Assembly: GCF_018977255.1 (NCBI RefSeq)
Contig: NW_024704743.1
Coordinates: 29,390,001-29,454,000, forward strand
DNA length: 64,000 nucleotides
Origin: Callorhinchus milii
Lineage: Eukaryota
Direction of reading: 5' to 3'
Below are positions 1 to 19,028 of this stretch, piece by piece (positions within the stretch are counted from its first letter, which is position 1; every line of letters starts with the position of its first letter). Under the pieces are notes generated by a model. It saw only the letters and a list, made by a program, of their open reading frames with translations. It was not told the DNA's origin and did no database searches. A program made the position numbers and the translations under genes.

Positions 1-1754
1 CCATTTTCATTGGGGCTAAAGCTGACTTTCAATCACAGATTGTTGTGCTCTACAATGACATGATTTCTTTGACTGCCTGTCAATATATCTTTCCAAGTGA
101 AGTCCAGCTAACCCTTGAATTACATTTCAAAATGCAAAAGGATGAATCATGACTATGAATGATCACATTAAACTTTTTTCCCCTCTTTCGGAAATAATTA
201 TTTGGAAGATAATATACCGGGCAAGGACAGATGATTTTAAAGAACATCTTCAGAACGGATAAATGGAAACACCCAGGATCAAACCTATTTATTATTAAAA
301 ATCCTAGGCTTTTAGAAGATTCTTAAATAATACAAGTTAAGCAACAGGGTCCAACAACCTCCCCTGGACTTGATTGCCCATCTTAAAACTTTAAAGTAAT
401 TTTAAAATGTATTATTGGATCAAATTACTTTCTGTCTTATCACCACCCAGTCAGTTAGCCATTCTGTCTTCCCCTCCCTCCCCACAAACCTCCCCCCTCA
501 CCAAACCAGGCCACTGAAGGAATGAGTCCCCATGCGACTATTTATTTTCATTTCTATAGTTCAGAAACAAAAGCCTGAATGATTCAGTGAGAAGTTTAAC
601 TGGTTCACAGCCACCAGTCTTAAACAAAGTGTTCTTGCGGATCATGTTGTAAGTATTGAAGATATAGATTTTTTTTATACTTCCCGCCGCATCATCAGAT
701 CCTCACTGATATCTTCTGTTGCTGTGCTTTGGCTTGCTGTTAATAGTTGGATGGTTGAGAGCACTGCCACATCCAATTCTGCTTGGTGACCAGTGGATGA
801 CAGTGATATAAAATTGATCCTGTCAGTACTCTCAACCTGGAGATCTGAGGACTTCTCTTACCAGGGACTTGCTTACCATTCCCTACCCATCACTCAAATC
901 CTATATGAAGACAAATCTAATAAGTTTACCAACGTCTGGTGAGACTCTCGCATCAAGCAGCAGACAATCTTTGTAAATTCTGTGGATTAATAGCACAAAT
1001 CCAATATTATTGTAATTCAAGATATAAAATGGAGAAATGTCTCAAAGTCTATGCCCGGCACTGATCAATTTATAGATTCCACATCTGAGCAGCACATGCT
1101 CAAGAGAAAAGAACTTTGGTGTTTCTTCAAACAGATTTCAAATTGTTATCCATACCTGACACAAAATTGATTTACATTTGATTGAAACTGATTTATATTT
1201 TGGTTACAAACCTAATTGTTTCCATATACCACAAAACAATAAAATTACAAATCAACCAAAAGAATCTAGATTGCATGCGTTTTTTTTTAAAAGCCTCTCA
1301 AAGCCAGCTGCTCACCATATTTGCCCTATTCTACATTTGGCTGAGCCGTACATATGGAATAATATAAATTGTATTGCAATTCCTTGCTGGGTAACACAGT
1401 TGAGGTGTTTGGATACTTAACAATAGCAAAACTTGAGATCAGCATCATGATAAACTCTGAAATTGTGTTTCCAAGACATTTATCTTTCATAGTTTAGTAT
1501 GAGTTAATTATATAAACTAATTTTCAAAATAATGGTGACTATTCCCGAGTTGCACAGGTGTGCCAGCAAACTAGACCTACAGTACTGACCACAAGATCAC
1601 AAAAGAAGTAAAGAGGAATAAGGCCTTTGGTCCAAATATTCTCCTTTTTCCAGATTCTTACTGTCCTTGCCATCCTAATATCAAGCTGTTTCTTAAATGT
1701 AAATTGTCTAAAGACCACTGTTCCTAGTAGCTGTTACCTACAATCTTCTGTGTA

Positions 1755-1872
1755 AATAATAATGATAATCCTTGCATTTGATATAGCGCTTTATCATGTT
1801 GTTCAGACGTCTCAAAGGGCTTGACAGAATATACTGTAAAGTGAATTGACTGTATATTTTGTGGGCGAAACA
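1755..1872 (-). mobile_element. SINE 3' fragment (L2-type tail)
   Basis: Reverse complement of the recurrent tail ...ttcgcccacaaaatatacagtcaattcactttacagtatattctgt...gcgctatatcaaatgcaagga(tta)n. Confidence 0.85.
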
Positions 1873-2377
1873 CCCATAATCTGTAAATAAGTAACTCCTA
1901 AAACTTTGGGAACTCTTCAGGATATCGTCCCGACATGAGAAGTGCAACATAAATGTAAATTGTATTATATTTAATAATAGAAGATGTTATGGCAAATCTG
2001 AAATGTTAACCAATGAGGTCAATTTACACACATTATTTGGCACTTGATAGCCTATAATTTGTGAAACCACCATCACTCTTGAGAGACCAATTATTTGGTA
2101 CTTACTGTACCTAGTTTGTAGTCTTGTCCATATGGGCAGACAGCTTTGTCTGTAAATGAGACATTATAATCTTTATTATTGTCTATTAAAAGGGACATTA
2201 TCGTGCAACTTAAATTGATAGAACTACTTTTTAAATTCTTGCAACCTCTTGCCCATTTTACAAACTCTTAAAAAAAACAAATGACTGTAAGCAGTTGTGT
2301 TTGTAACATAATACAATACCTGTAACAATGAAACAGGTATAGAACGATTATGAACAGTATGGGATGTAGTACTTTAT

Positions 2378-2642
2378 AAATAATCTTTGCATTTGATGTA
2401 GCACCTTATCACGTCATTGAGACATCCCAAAGCGCTTCACAGAATACACTGCAAAAACTGTGTATTTTGTGCCAAAACACAGCATCCAATTGCACACAGC
2501 CATTTCCCACAAGCAGTTGTGGACTGAGTGACCAAATTTTTATTACGGAAAGCAATCCGCCAATCAACCAACAACCGGGTTCCTACTTACTGCTAGGTAA
2601 ATAGAGGCATGTGGGTAAGGAAACTTGCCTTACGTTTCGCCC
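2378..2642 (-). mobile_element. tRNA-derived SINE, long form, 5'-truncated
   Basis: Matches the body and tail of the copy at 27698-28058 (ggcaagtttccttac...cctctatttacctagcagtaagtaggaacc...). Confidence 0.85.
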
Positions 2643-2649
2643 TTTACAT

Positions 2650-3118
2650 GTTATATGCCCCACTCTCGTCCGACTCCAATGGCTCCCTATCTTTCAGAGG
2701 ATCCGGTTCAAGATCCTGGTCCTCACATATAAAGACCTCCATGGCCTCACCCCACCCGACCTCTGTGACCTCCTAACCCCCTACCACCTGCCCGTTCCCT
2801 CCGCTCAGCCGGCTCTGACCTGCTCCACGTTCCCCGACCCACCCGCCCCACCATTGGCGGGAGAGCCTTCAGGCACTCTGCCCCCAATCTCTGGAATTTC
2901 ATCCCCCAATCACTCCGCCTCGCCCCGTCCTTAGCCTCCTTCAAGTCCCGCCTCAAGACCCTCCTCTTCAACCATGCCATCAGCCACCCCCCTTCCCCTC
3001 TCCTCCCTTCCCCCCCAACCCCAGCTTGGGTATGAAATGCTATACTCTGTCCAGCGCCTTGGGACATCCTCCTGACGTTAAAGGCGCTATACAAATGTAA
3101 TCTTGTTATTGTTGTTTG
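2650..3118 (+). mobile_element. L2-clade LINE 3' fragment
   Basis: ORF-track peptide PTLVRLQWLPIFQRIRFKILVLTYKDLHGLTPPDLCDLL is typical L2 ORF2 C-terminus; 3' end ggcgctatacaaatgtaat(gtt)n. Confidence 0.9.
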
Positions 3119-5419
3119 TATAAATAAAAGGTTATTACAGTATTCTTTGATACAAAGCCATTTTGCAAAAGATGAACTGTACACATTAAGCGGTCTGAAG
3201 AGACTGAGTTTGTTTCTTTTATAAAATACCAGAAGTCTATATCCCAGAACTGACTCTTCAAATTGTTTGCATGCATTAAGCCTGTTTGGTCAACTGTCAG
3301 TCAAGCCATGAGATGAAGTGTCGCACAGTAACGTGTCAATCCACCTCAAGGGAGCAAAGATAAACCGGCACTGCCCAATGCACCCCTGCTGGGAGAGAAT
3401 TTGAATTCCCGGCAGCTATAGACACATCTGCAGTCCAGTTACTGTCTCCATCCCGGCCAAAGTAAGAATAACGACGATGAAGCAAAATGCAAAAGAACAG
3501 AATATACCCAGGGAGAAAACAAACAGTATGATTGAGCAGGAATATAAATAAGCCATTCCATGCCTCTGTAACTGGCAAAAAGGGCCTTCCAGTTCACAAA
3601 GAAGCCTGGACGTCTATCCAGCTAGAGTCAGCTTTTAGGTCCCTTGTAAATTCGTGCAACTTGATCTCTTAATTAATTCTTGTGGGAAATTTTTACATCA
3701 GCAAAATTTAAAGATGCTGAATTCCCCTTTTCAATAATCTGCTTGTCAGTTTCAGGTCAACGTCTTAGCATTTGGAATCAGCCAACCAGGGATCGTGTGT
3801 GTACACGGCTAATTTAGAAGTGGGGCTATCAGAACCCGATTACTGCACTGAACTGCAATTATGAAAAATGACTCAAGAAGTTTCACAGTGAATGAGAGCA
3901 GTGTGCAGGTCCTAAATAAAAATCAACTGAAGTATTCAGGAGCAAGCAGCAATCTAAGAATACAGTACTGGCATTCTGCACACCGCAGGGATTAACCAAC
4001 ATATAATTTAAAACTGAATATGGGCCTCATTTCCTACCCAATGGGACACTAAATTTTTACCACCTGTACCTTTACATTTTATTTAAATGCAACTACACTG
4101 CATTTTCAACTGAGCTGCCTGAAAATATTACATATTTTGAGGCAAGCTAGATATATTTCATATTTGCAACGTGCAAACTGCGCAATTTCCTCATATTCTA
4201 TTTGCTGAAATTTGGGCCCTTAAATAATTCTCTGAGTTTTTGGTCAGAAAAGCAATGTTTCTGCACAATAAAATGAGTAGTTATGAATGCAACTTGCAAG
4301 GTGTCGTAGGATACCTGCAGCAAACAGAACGTACAACAGATTTGCCTTACAGCCCAAACAGATTTTATGTGGCTTGTTTTTTTGTGAGAAAAAACAGCTT
4401 ACTGGTATTATTTTCTTTTTCATCCATAAAAGGATGTGGTAGAAACATACCACAGTGCAGAGCACAGCAGCCTAGAAGACAGCACCAGGCTTTAAAAAAT
4501 TCTGAGAAAGCAATGAAGCGGAACCAGAAGTATTTAGGGCCAACAATTTGGCAGGCCAAAATGTTCGACTCCAAGCAAATTATTTCCTGCAGTAAAGACA
4601 GCGAGACAAGGGCCTTTCAGAACTGCGCGCTAATTGTGAAAAACACATGTGAAAAAAGAATCCATAAAATAATACGACATGTGCAGGGCAAAATTCACAT
4701 GAGTATTTGCCAGAATTGGCAAAGGGAATGTATTATTAAATCTAATAACTACCTGCTTTTAAAAAGAAAAAAAATGATCGTCTGTGTATTCCATTGAGCA
4801 GTGCTGTTTTCATGATCTTAAACTATAGTCATTAGGCCAATTATCAATAAGACTGGCATTGTGAAAGACGAGGATATCTGTAATTTTTGTTTTAGAGAGC
4901 AGGTCTGCTATTTAAGACATGAACGTTGCTGAGGTCTGGTAAGTTGGAAAATAGATAAAATGAGCGTTCAGCCTATAGGAGAATAAGGTTAGAGGCCAGA
5001 AGGGGAATGAAGTCAGGATAAGTTGGATGGTATGGTTGGGGGTCAGGTAAAATACAAGGTCAGTCAATAGGAAAAAGAGGTCAGGCTGAATGACAGGGAT
5101 GATGAAGGGCAACGTGACTCTTTAGCTGGTAGGAATGGAGTCAGTGCTTAGTGTTGAATGAGACTAGAATTGGTACATAAGTGGGATCTGAAAGATGCAG
5201 CCCTGTCGGAAATAAAGAGCAGGCAGTTAGAACTCAAATTGCAGAATAACAGAATGAGGGGAGTAAATGTGAGGCTAGACACTAAAGGAAGTGTGGGATC
5301 AGGTGATATGAAAAGCTGGGAATATTAGTAACTGTTGCCAATAATTGTCACATATGGTGCTATTCTGATAGGCCTTCCCAGCATCCAGATAAAGCAAAAT
5401 TAGGGACTCTCAGTAGTGA

Positions 5420-5652
5420 TTGAGTAGGGAACTGCATCCCGCAGTCCCTCCGTCTCGTCCCCTCCCTCGCCACCTTCAAGACCCACCTCATGACCCTCAT
5501 CTTCGACCGTGCTTTCAATCTCCCTGCTTCCCTCACGCCCTCCCCCACCTGACCTTCAGTTCGGGTCCGAAACTCTGTCTGTCCAGCTCCTTGGGATGTC
5601 CTCCCGACGTAAAAGGCGCTATATAAATGTAATTTTGTTGTTGTTGTTGTTG
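5420..5652 (+). mobile_element. L2-clade LINE 3' end
   Basis: ccttcaagacccacctc...gtccagctccttgggatgtcctcccgacgtaaaaggcgctatataaatgtaatt(ttg)n; homologous to 2900-3118. Confidence 0.88.
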
Positions 5653-5808
5653 ACTGCAAGCTCAAAAGACCAACAGTACTTAAACTATGGATGGTTTGTA
5701 CACAGAGTCTTAAGACGGATCTTAAAGGAGGTGAGGGCAGGGGCGAAGGGGTACATGAAGCAGGCCGCTGAGTGGAGAGAGAGGCTGGGTTTGAGGAGGT
5801 TGCTGAGG

Positions 5809-6068
5809 GCGAAACCTTGGGCAAGTTTCCTTACTCCACACGCCTAATAATAATCCCTCCAAAACGAAAAACAATAATAAATTGGTCATTTTCAATCTAC
5901 GACTGTTTGTGGGACATTGCTGTGCGCAATTGGCTGCCGCGTTCGCCCACAAATATACAGTCAATTCACTTTACAGTATATTCTGTGAAGAGCTTTGGGA
6001 CGTCCTCCCGACGTGAAAAGTGCTATATCAAATGCAAGGATTATTATTATTAAGGATTATTATTATTA
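5809..6068 (+). mobile_element. tRNA-derived SINE, short form, 5'-truncated
   Basis: Body gcgaaaccttgggcaagtttccttactccacacgcc through tail; the terminal aaggattattattatt is duplicated. Confidence 0.92.
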
Positions 6069-6223
6069 TAGAGTGGGGCAAGATAGTGGAAGGATTTAAA
6101 GGTTAGGATGAGGATCTTGAACACAATCCACTGGCGGAGCCAGGGAGGATGCGGGTGATAGGCTTGAGGAGGCTAGTGAGGGAAAGGACACAAGCTGTAG
6201 AGTTCTGGATAGTATGCAGCTTA

Positions 6224-6541
6224 TAATAATAATAATAATCCTTGCATTTGATATAGCGCTTTTCACGTCGGGAGGACGTCCCAAAGCGCTTCACAGAACA
6301 CACTGTAAAGTGAATTGACTGTATTTTTTGTGGGCGAACGCGGCACCCAATTGCGCACAGCAATGTCCCACAAACAGTCGTAGATTGAAAATGACCAATT
6401 TATTATTGTTTTTCGTTTTGGAGGGATTATTATTAGGCGTGTGGAGTAAGGAAACTTGCCCAAGGTTGTGCCCTGCCTGGAATTGAACTCAGGTCTCTCA
6501 TTTGCAAAGCGAGCGCTCTAACCACTGAGCTACAGGACTCC
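6224..6541 (-). mobile_element. tRNA(Ala)-like SINE, short form, full length
   Basis: Head GGAGTCCTGTAGCTCAGTGGTTAGAGCGCTCGCTTTGCAAATGAGAGACCTGAGTTCAATTCC with A and B boxes; L2-type tail ending (TTA)n. Confidence 0.93.
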
Positions 6542-8759
6542 ACAAAGTCTTCCTTATGAAGGGCAGAGGCAGGTAGGCCAGCGAGCAGAGAGTTTGCACA
6601 ATATAGCCTGGACGTAATAAAAGCATGGATAAGGTCCTCCGGGGCCTGAGAGGAGAGATGGTGGCAGAGGCAGGCAACGTTGTGGAAATGGAGGAAAACT
6701 GAGTGGGTCAGAGCATGAATATAAGGTTTAAAGGACAACTGTGAGGGAGAGAGATAGAGTTGGGTGTCATCTGCATACAGGTGGAAGTCAACCCCATATC
6801 TGCGATAATATTGCCGAATGGGAACATATAGGTATTAAAGAGGATAGAGCCTTGAGGAACACTGCACAGGGCAGTGAGGGGGCTGGAGAAGAAGCTGTTT
6901 TAAGAGACAAAGTGGCAAGAGTGAAATTAATTCCAGGAATACTGGCTCATTTTGTAAATTAATTCAGTTGAAATGTTATGTCAACTGCAAGTGCTAATTC
7001 AGTCCTGGATATTATTGTAGTCAATTTTCTCTGATGTGAACAGTCATCTCAGGAAGCAGTAACATTATTCAGCCACTCCCACAGAATAGGTTTACACATT
7101 CTCTATTCTCTGCATTATATAATTTATACAGGTTACACCACAATTCAACTGCATAATGGCAAACAATGGCAGTTTGCTTATTTGTATGAAGACAAAACAC
7201 ATGAAAAGAAATATTACACCTCCTCCTGGTATAATCCGCTTTGGTAATCATTATTGCAACTTCAATGTTTTAATACAATGCAAAATTACATTTGGATCAT
7301 GCCTTTCAAGTCGGGAGGAAGTCCCAAGGCAAAAACATTGGAACAAAAGTATTATAGTTGCCACCTATTATGACCTGAAGCAATCCAATAGAACAAGCCC
7401 CAGATGCTACAAGTTAAATCTTATTGGAATTCCATCAAATCGGAACGCTAACACCAGTGATGGACCTCTTTTAGACCTAATGAATTTTTCAATCATTTGC
7501 ACCATAAATTTTCAGAATTAAGCACTTTGAATTATTTTAGGATTGTACGCAAGTTACACAGTTCTAGTATGGATGTGCACATCTTTTCAATAAAAATGGC
7601 ACTGCCAATGGACATACTGAAAATGTGTCCCTCTGGACACCATGTCTGCATTTACCAATTCACCACCTTTGCGCATTGCAATGCAGGTGCTGTTTCTTAC
7701 CCAGCAAGCACAACAATGTAAAAAGTAGGTGCTTTTGGCTCCCTTTTTAATTATTATTGCTTTCATTTTTTTTTAGAAAATACAGTGCTATTTCTTGTGT
7801 ATGAGTCCAAACAGTGAGAGTTGGGAGATCAAGAAACAAACTTGCAATAAGAAGGTGTTGAATTCCAGATCCCATGGCCATTGGTAAAAGTTGGCTTTGT
7901 AAATAATTATATTTTTAAGATTGCAAACTCAAAACGTTTGCCCAGCGCTTGGTGCAACAATAACTAGACAACTGCTCGTCAGACGTGAACATGGTGTTGA
8001 ACCTGGAGTGTTGAAAATATCAGGATAGAACACAGACAGCACAGATGAGAGGAAAAATCTTAAAATGACACTGATCAGTAATGGCAGTCTCCAAGAAATC
8101 GAGATGGAATTGAAAAACTAAAGACACATCCTCATTGAAGTGGCATGTGATATTCTATTACTGTAGCACGTTGTAGCAACCAAATTTTTTTCTCTCATCT
8201 TCCAAAAGCCCCACAGCTTATGCCAGCAGAGCAAAGTGAGATATTTCAAAGAACTGTTTGACTTCACTGGAGTTATTTCTGAAAACAATTCAGACAAAGA
8301 CACAGCGAGAAGGCTGGGTGCCAGCGTTCGAGCAGAGATGTGCCTTCTATTGTAGCAACTTGAGCAAGACTTCACCCATAAGTAAGAACTGTACCGAGTT
8401 TACCACACCCATGGCTAGAGATAGGTGAGTTGCCATAACCATGTATAAACGTTTCTTTGTTACTAGTTTACTGCAGCTATTCTGCCTGGAACAAACAGAC
8501 CAATCCCAACATAGTGAGATAGCCATAGTAAGTGAGATAAAAAGATGAATGGCAACAACATACAGTAACTCCATTGTGAAACAGTGTGTAAGTAGATAAG
8601 TCAATCAAATTCAACAAACTCAAGAATTAACAAGATTAACATTATTGTTGAAAAATTTATGAATTTGTGACTTTGGAAGATCTAAGTTATGGAACTTAGT
8701 CATCCAAATTGGAAAGACACAGTGCAGTCTCCAATCTTTTAAAATGATTCAAGCCTCAT

Positions 8760-8955
8760 GGCCCTCAGCTAATGAAGGCAGTATTTCTGCTCTTGCAAAC
8801 AAGTCAGGGTTTCTGCTCTAGGTCGATAGCTTGTAACCCTGGCTAAAAAGTGGATATGTGGATGTTGGTTGAGGTCAGACTTGACTGTAATGCTCTGGAA
8901 TGATCTCCCAACTCTCACTGTTTGGACTCACACACAAGAAATAGCAGTTGGGTGG
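8760..8955 (+). repeat. Old SINE-like fragment (body of a repeat I recall as common in sharks)
   Basis: cagggtttctgctc...gtggatgttggttgaggtcag...actctcactgtttggactcacac; resemblance is from memory only. Confidence 0.4.
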
Positions 8956-11535
8956 ACATCAATTCGGTTGTGTTTTTTGGACAAAACAAATCCAAAACAC
9001 TAGTTCAAAGATATAACCAATGACCCGACTTCACACAGTCCTGCATGACCAGTATATTTTTATCATATTTTCCAATGATGTGGTATTAAAAACAATTTTA
9101 TCTTTAAAGAAGGAATATTTTAGTCACCACATTTTCTGTTGGTTGGTGGCAACATGACCGATCAAGAGTCAGTGAATCAGAGAAGAGGCAAACTACTTAT
9201 CATTTAAAAATCAAATAAAGATCCAAGCGTTTAACACAATTTGTCAACTGTTACTTTATGCACAACATAAAGGGTCATAGAGAAGTGAGGGAAATCAAAA
9301 ACAATTCCTAAAGTCAGAATTCAGAATAATCATCTTACATTGTGCATCCTGTCCTCTTCACTTCTATGAATAATCATCAGCATTTTGTATTCATAGCTTT
9401 AGGTTTCCTAACTTTTAAGTACAAGTTACTTGAACTCATTCACAAATGTATTTACTTTGGCAAAGTGCATTAAACTACCATGTTACAAAAGACAAATTAA
9501 ATAACTTAATAAGCTTTTCTGGGTCTACTATCAAAATAGATCACATATTAAATACAATATTGTTAAAATTACATATTAAGGGCAAATTCTAATTTCCGTT
9601 GTAAACGTATTTAAAAACGGGGTACAATACACCTGTATAAACTGGGTGTAAAACACCATGGTTTGCACATAGTGCGTAATAAACCCCACTGAGCCTTAAA
9701 CTGACGAGGAACTTTGGATGGGTTATATTTCTTCCAGATACATTATCATGTGCTTTCAGAATATTCTTATTTAGTATTTCAGTGAATGCATTGGTCAATG
9801 TGTAATTGCTAATGAAAACCAGTCATCATAGGAAAAATAAAAAAGACAAGCAGCAATGGAAGTGGGAAAATATAGGCAATTTCCAGCACACAATCTAAAA
9901 TCCTAACACACACTATGTAAGGTTACTTCCTGCAGGAAATGCAAGGTCAGATTGCTTTACAAATACATTGCAGCATCAGTGAATAAAAACCATGAAATAC
10001 AGATCATCTCAATATATAGCATGGAAATTTTAAGCAGAAGGGACGACCACAATATTCACCATTTGTTCCCCATCACAAAAAACAATCTAACGCAAATATT
10101 GTGTTATTTATGCACCTACCTTTTCATCGGACTTCACACATATGAAAAGTAAAACATTAGACATACTGTTTCAAATTGTCTCTTGCATTGGATGCCTAAA
10201 CCCTGCTAAAAACTATAGATAAGATCACAGATCTGGGTATTTTGTTTTCTTTAATGAATTCAACTTTTGGCCAAATTTAATATAACAAATAGCCATTCTT
10301 GTATTTCTTTTGGCTTCCTGTACTGCTATTTGTTTAGCAATCACAGCATTTATCTTAAAATTAAACTCATTTATCTTTATGAGTGCTAGATTTTCATTAG
10401 GATTATAAAACGGCAGCAGCAACGGATAGTTAGATAGATATATATAGACGTTTGCTTCATCTTAAATTCTGATGAATCAGACCTTTGCTCTGCTCAATCT
10501 CTTTCATCTTAGGAGGTGGCTGCAGTTTGAGCGCTTTTCCATGGAAGCATTTTTATACCAAAGGCTACTTGTGCTTGCAAAGGTTTTAACAGAGAGGAGT
10601 TTTGACAAGGCAGCACAAAATAGAAAATTACAATTTTTTCCCTCCATCTGGTAATTGCAGGCTGACCTTTCTAATAGGATAAAAAAAATCAGTCTAACTA
10701 CATATTATTTACAGAAAGCACAGTGCAAGTCTATCATTAACATTTAAATTGGAACCAAATATATCATCAGTGTAAAATTCTGTGGTGTTTGTACTCCCAG
10801 CTGCAGACATCTGGATTTGGTGCTTTCTTTTACATAGAATGTAAACCCACACAGAGGCAGTTGCCATAAACTTGTTGCCGCACCCTTATTAAACTGTCAG
10901 ATTTTCTTGCTTTGTAGGTTTCTAGCTTCTGTTTAAATTACGTAAATGGTTCTGGAAACCAGTGTCTGTGTCCCAGGGATGTATGATTCAAAAAGACAGA
11001 AATAGCATTGTAAGCACAGGAAACCTGTCAGGGCCTAACTGAGGGAAACAAGCTAGTCTGGTCCAGACACTATTCTTGCCGCTGTCTCGCACAGTTAAAT
11101 GCAGTCTCAGTAGTTGCTTCATACTAAAGAATGGGAAATGAAATGAAATATTCCTAAACGCAAACATGTTGGTACACTTATGCGTCGGTCCAAAGCGGGG
11201 GGGGGGGGGGAAAGAAAAAAAATTCAGAGAAAGAATCAAGATGTTGTAAAAGGGTTTAGATTGACCCTCGGCAGAATCTTACCAGTGAAATGTAAACCTT
11301 ATAGCTGTTCTGAATCAAGAGAAAGATTGTTTTCTGGTCGGGTCAGGACTAGGGTAGCCCACCATGGAACTAAATTCCCTGGGCTGTAATTGACTGTACA
11401 CTGTGTTAGCAGCTCTCCTCTGGCACAAGTTCACAAGATACACCATAGAGATCAAGCAATTTTTTTGAGATGATGCGTGAAACATATCATCCAGGCAGGG
11501 AGCTGTTTCTGAACAGCCTCTGGCCAATGGCCTAC

Positions 11536-11663
11536 CTCAATGTAGTCCTTGGCATGACCCCAATCTCTCTTGGCATCCAGATTGCCCAAACTAAAACAAT
11601 CCAGCTGTCTGAGGTGAATCTTAGCCACCGACCGACTAATTTTCCGAGTTACGAAATTAGCCC
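11536..11663 (-). CDS. GMDS: GDP-mannose 4,6-dehydratase, internal coding exon (equivalent to human exon 7), 128 nt
   Basis: Translates to (G)[42 protein letters not shown], with the [13 protein letters not shown] signature. Acceptor ctctgtttcag|GG; donor GAG|GTAGGC. Confidence 0.97.
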
Positions 11664-18186
<6,523 letters not shown>

Positions 18187-18379
18187 CATATGGTGATCGA
18201 GGATAGAACGGGGTCGTCTCCGTCTGCGGGATTTCCTGCACTTTGCCAAATAGTTCACTGGTGGATGCTTGGTAGAATTTCACAGTATTTACAAGGCCAC
18301 ATGTTTTAACTGCGTCCAGAAGTCTCAGGGTGCCAACACCATCAACATCTGCAGTATACTCCGCCAGGTCAAAGGAGAT
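18187..18379 (-). CDS. GMDS: GDP-mannose 4,6-dehydratase, internal coding exon (equivalent to human exon 5), 193 nt
   Basis: Translates to [64 protein letters not shown](G), including the ASTSE motif and catalytic Tyr. Acceptor cttttag|ATC; donor TATG|GCAAGT (GC type); phase 1 joins in frame to the next exon. Confidence 0.97.
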
Positions 18380-18475
18380 CTAAAAGAAGTGCAAGAAAAA
18401 CAAGCTCACAGGTGATGGAAAGACATGCTGCAAAAAACAAGTCCTTGCTTACAATAAAGAACCTTCCCTTCCCAA

Positions 18476-19028
18476 GGGTGTCAGCCTTGCTCAGTTGGTA
18501 ACATTTTCGCATCCTAGTTTGAAGGTTGTGGGTTCAAGCCCCAAATTGGGAATTAAAACGCAAATAGTCTATGATGACGCTAACACATGTGCTGCAATGG
18601 CAGAGGTGCCATCCTTAGGATGAAACATTAAACGGAGATCCCACCTGCCTATTTAGGTGGATATTGCCAACCCACCCTGCTTGGATCCAAATCCCTCTCC
18701 GCTCAGGTCCAAATCCCTGACTGTCCAGTGCCTCGGGACTTCCTCCCGAGAAAGACGCTATACAAATGTAATTTTATATTGTATGTTAAGGATCTCATGG
18801 ACCTACTCGGAAAAAGAAGTGCATTTTTACTGGTGACTGGCCAACAATCCTTTAAATAAATTTGGTCATTTGCTTCATGACTGTCTATGGGACAATGTTG
18901 TGAACAAATTGGCTAATGCATTTGCCGACAAAATGCACAGTCAATACACTTTAAAGTATATCATGTGAAGTGCTTTGAGACGTCCTCCTGAAATGAAAAG
19001 TGCTATATCAAATATAACAATTATTATT
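18476..19028 (+). mobile_element. Deu-domain SINE (SacSINE1/AmnSINE1-like) with a nested L2 end
   Basis: Head gggtgtcagccttgctcagttggta...ggttcaagcccc; Deu core ggatgaaacattaaac...aggtggat..aaggatctcatgg; L2-type tail. Confidence 0.85.
18666..18782 (+). mobile_element. Short L2 3' end inserted in a Deu-SINE
   Basis: ccaaatccctgactgtccagtgcctcgggacttcctcccgag...cgctatacaaatgtaatttt matches the L2 end at 27010-27085. Confidence 0.8.

Larger units (their letters stand above)
5705..6920 (-). mobile_element. Degenerate, internally deleted L2 LINE interrupted by two SINE insertions
   Basis: Minus strand retains RT motifs VPQGSIL (~6841-6862) and FHLYADDTQLYLS (YADD at 6766-6777), plus LIHAFITSRLYCANSLLAGLP; the L2 sequence resumes on each side of both SINEs. 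Confidence 0.88.

Noticed and set aside
4240..4797. 185-aa ORF, longest in the track
   Set aside because: No recognisable domain, non-ATG start in the track, antisense within a GMDS intron; compatible with chance.
5980..6070. Repeated ~60-nt motif resembling a CRISPR-like or regularly spaced repeat
   Set aside because: Dispersed, both orientations, irregular spacing, eukaryotic context; it is the SINE/L2 tail.
5772..6463. Recurrent peptides such as [14 protein letters not shown]...[10 protein letters not shown] suggesting a multicopy small-protein family
   Set aside because: Chance translations of the non-coding SINE tail; frames, starts and stops vary between copies.
6471..6541. tRNA-Ala-like sequence (also ~24915-24986, ~29090-29156, ~61790-61843)
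   Set aside because: No pairing acceptor stem, and each continues into a SINE body and tail; these are SINE heads, not tRNA genes.
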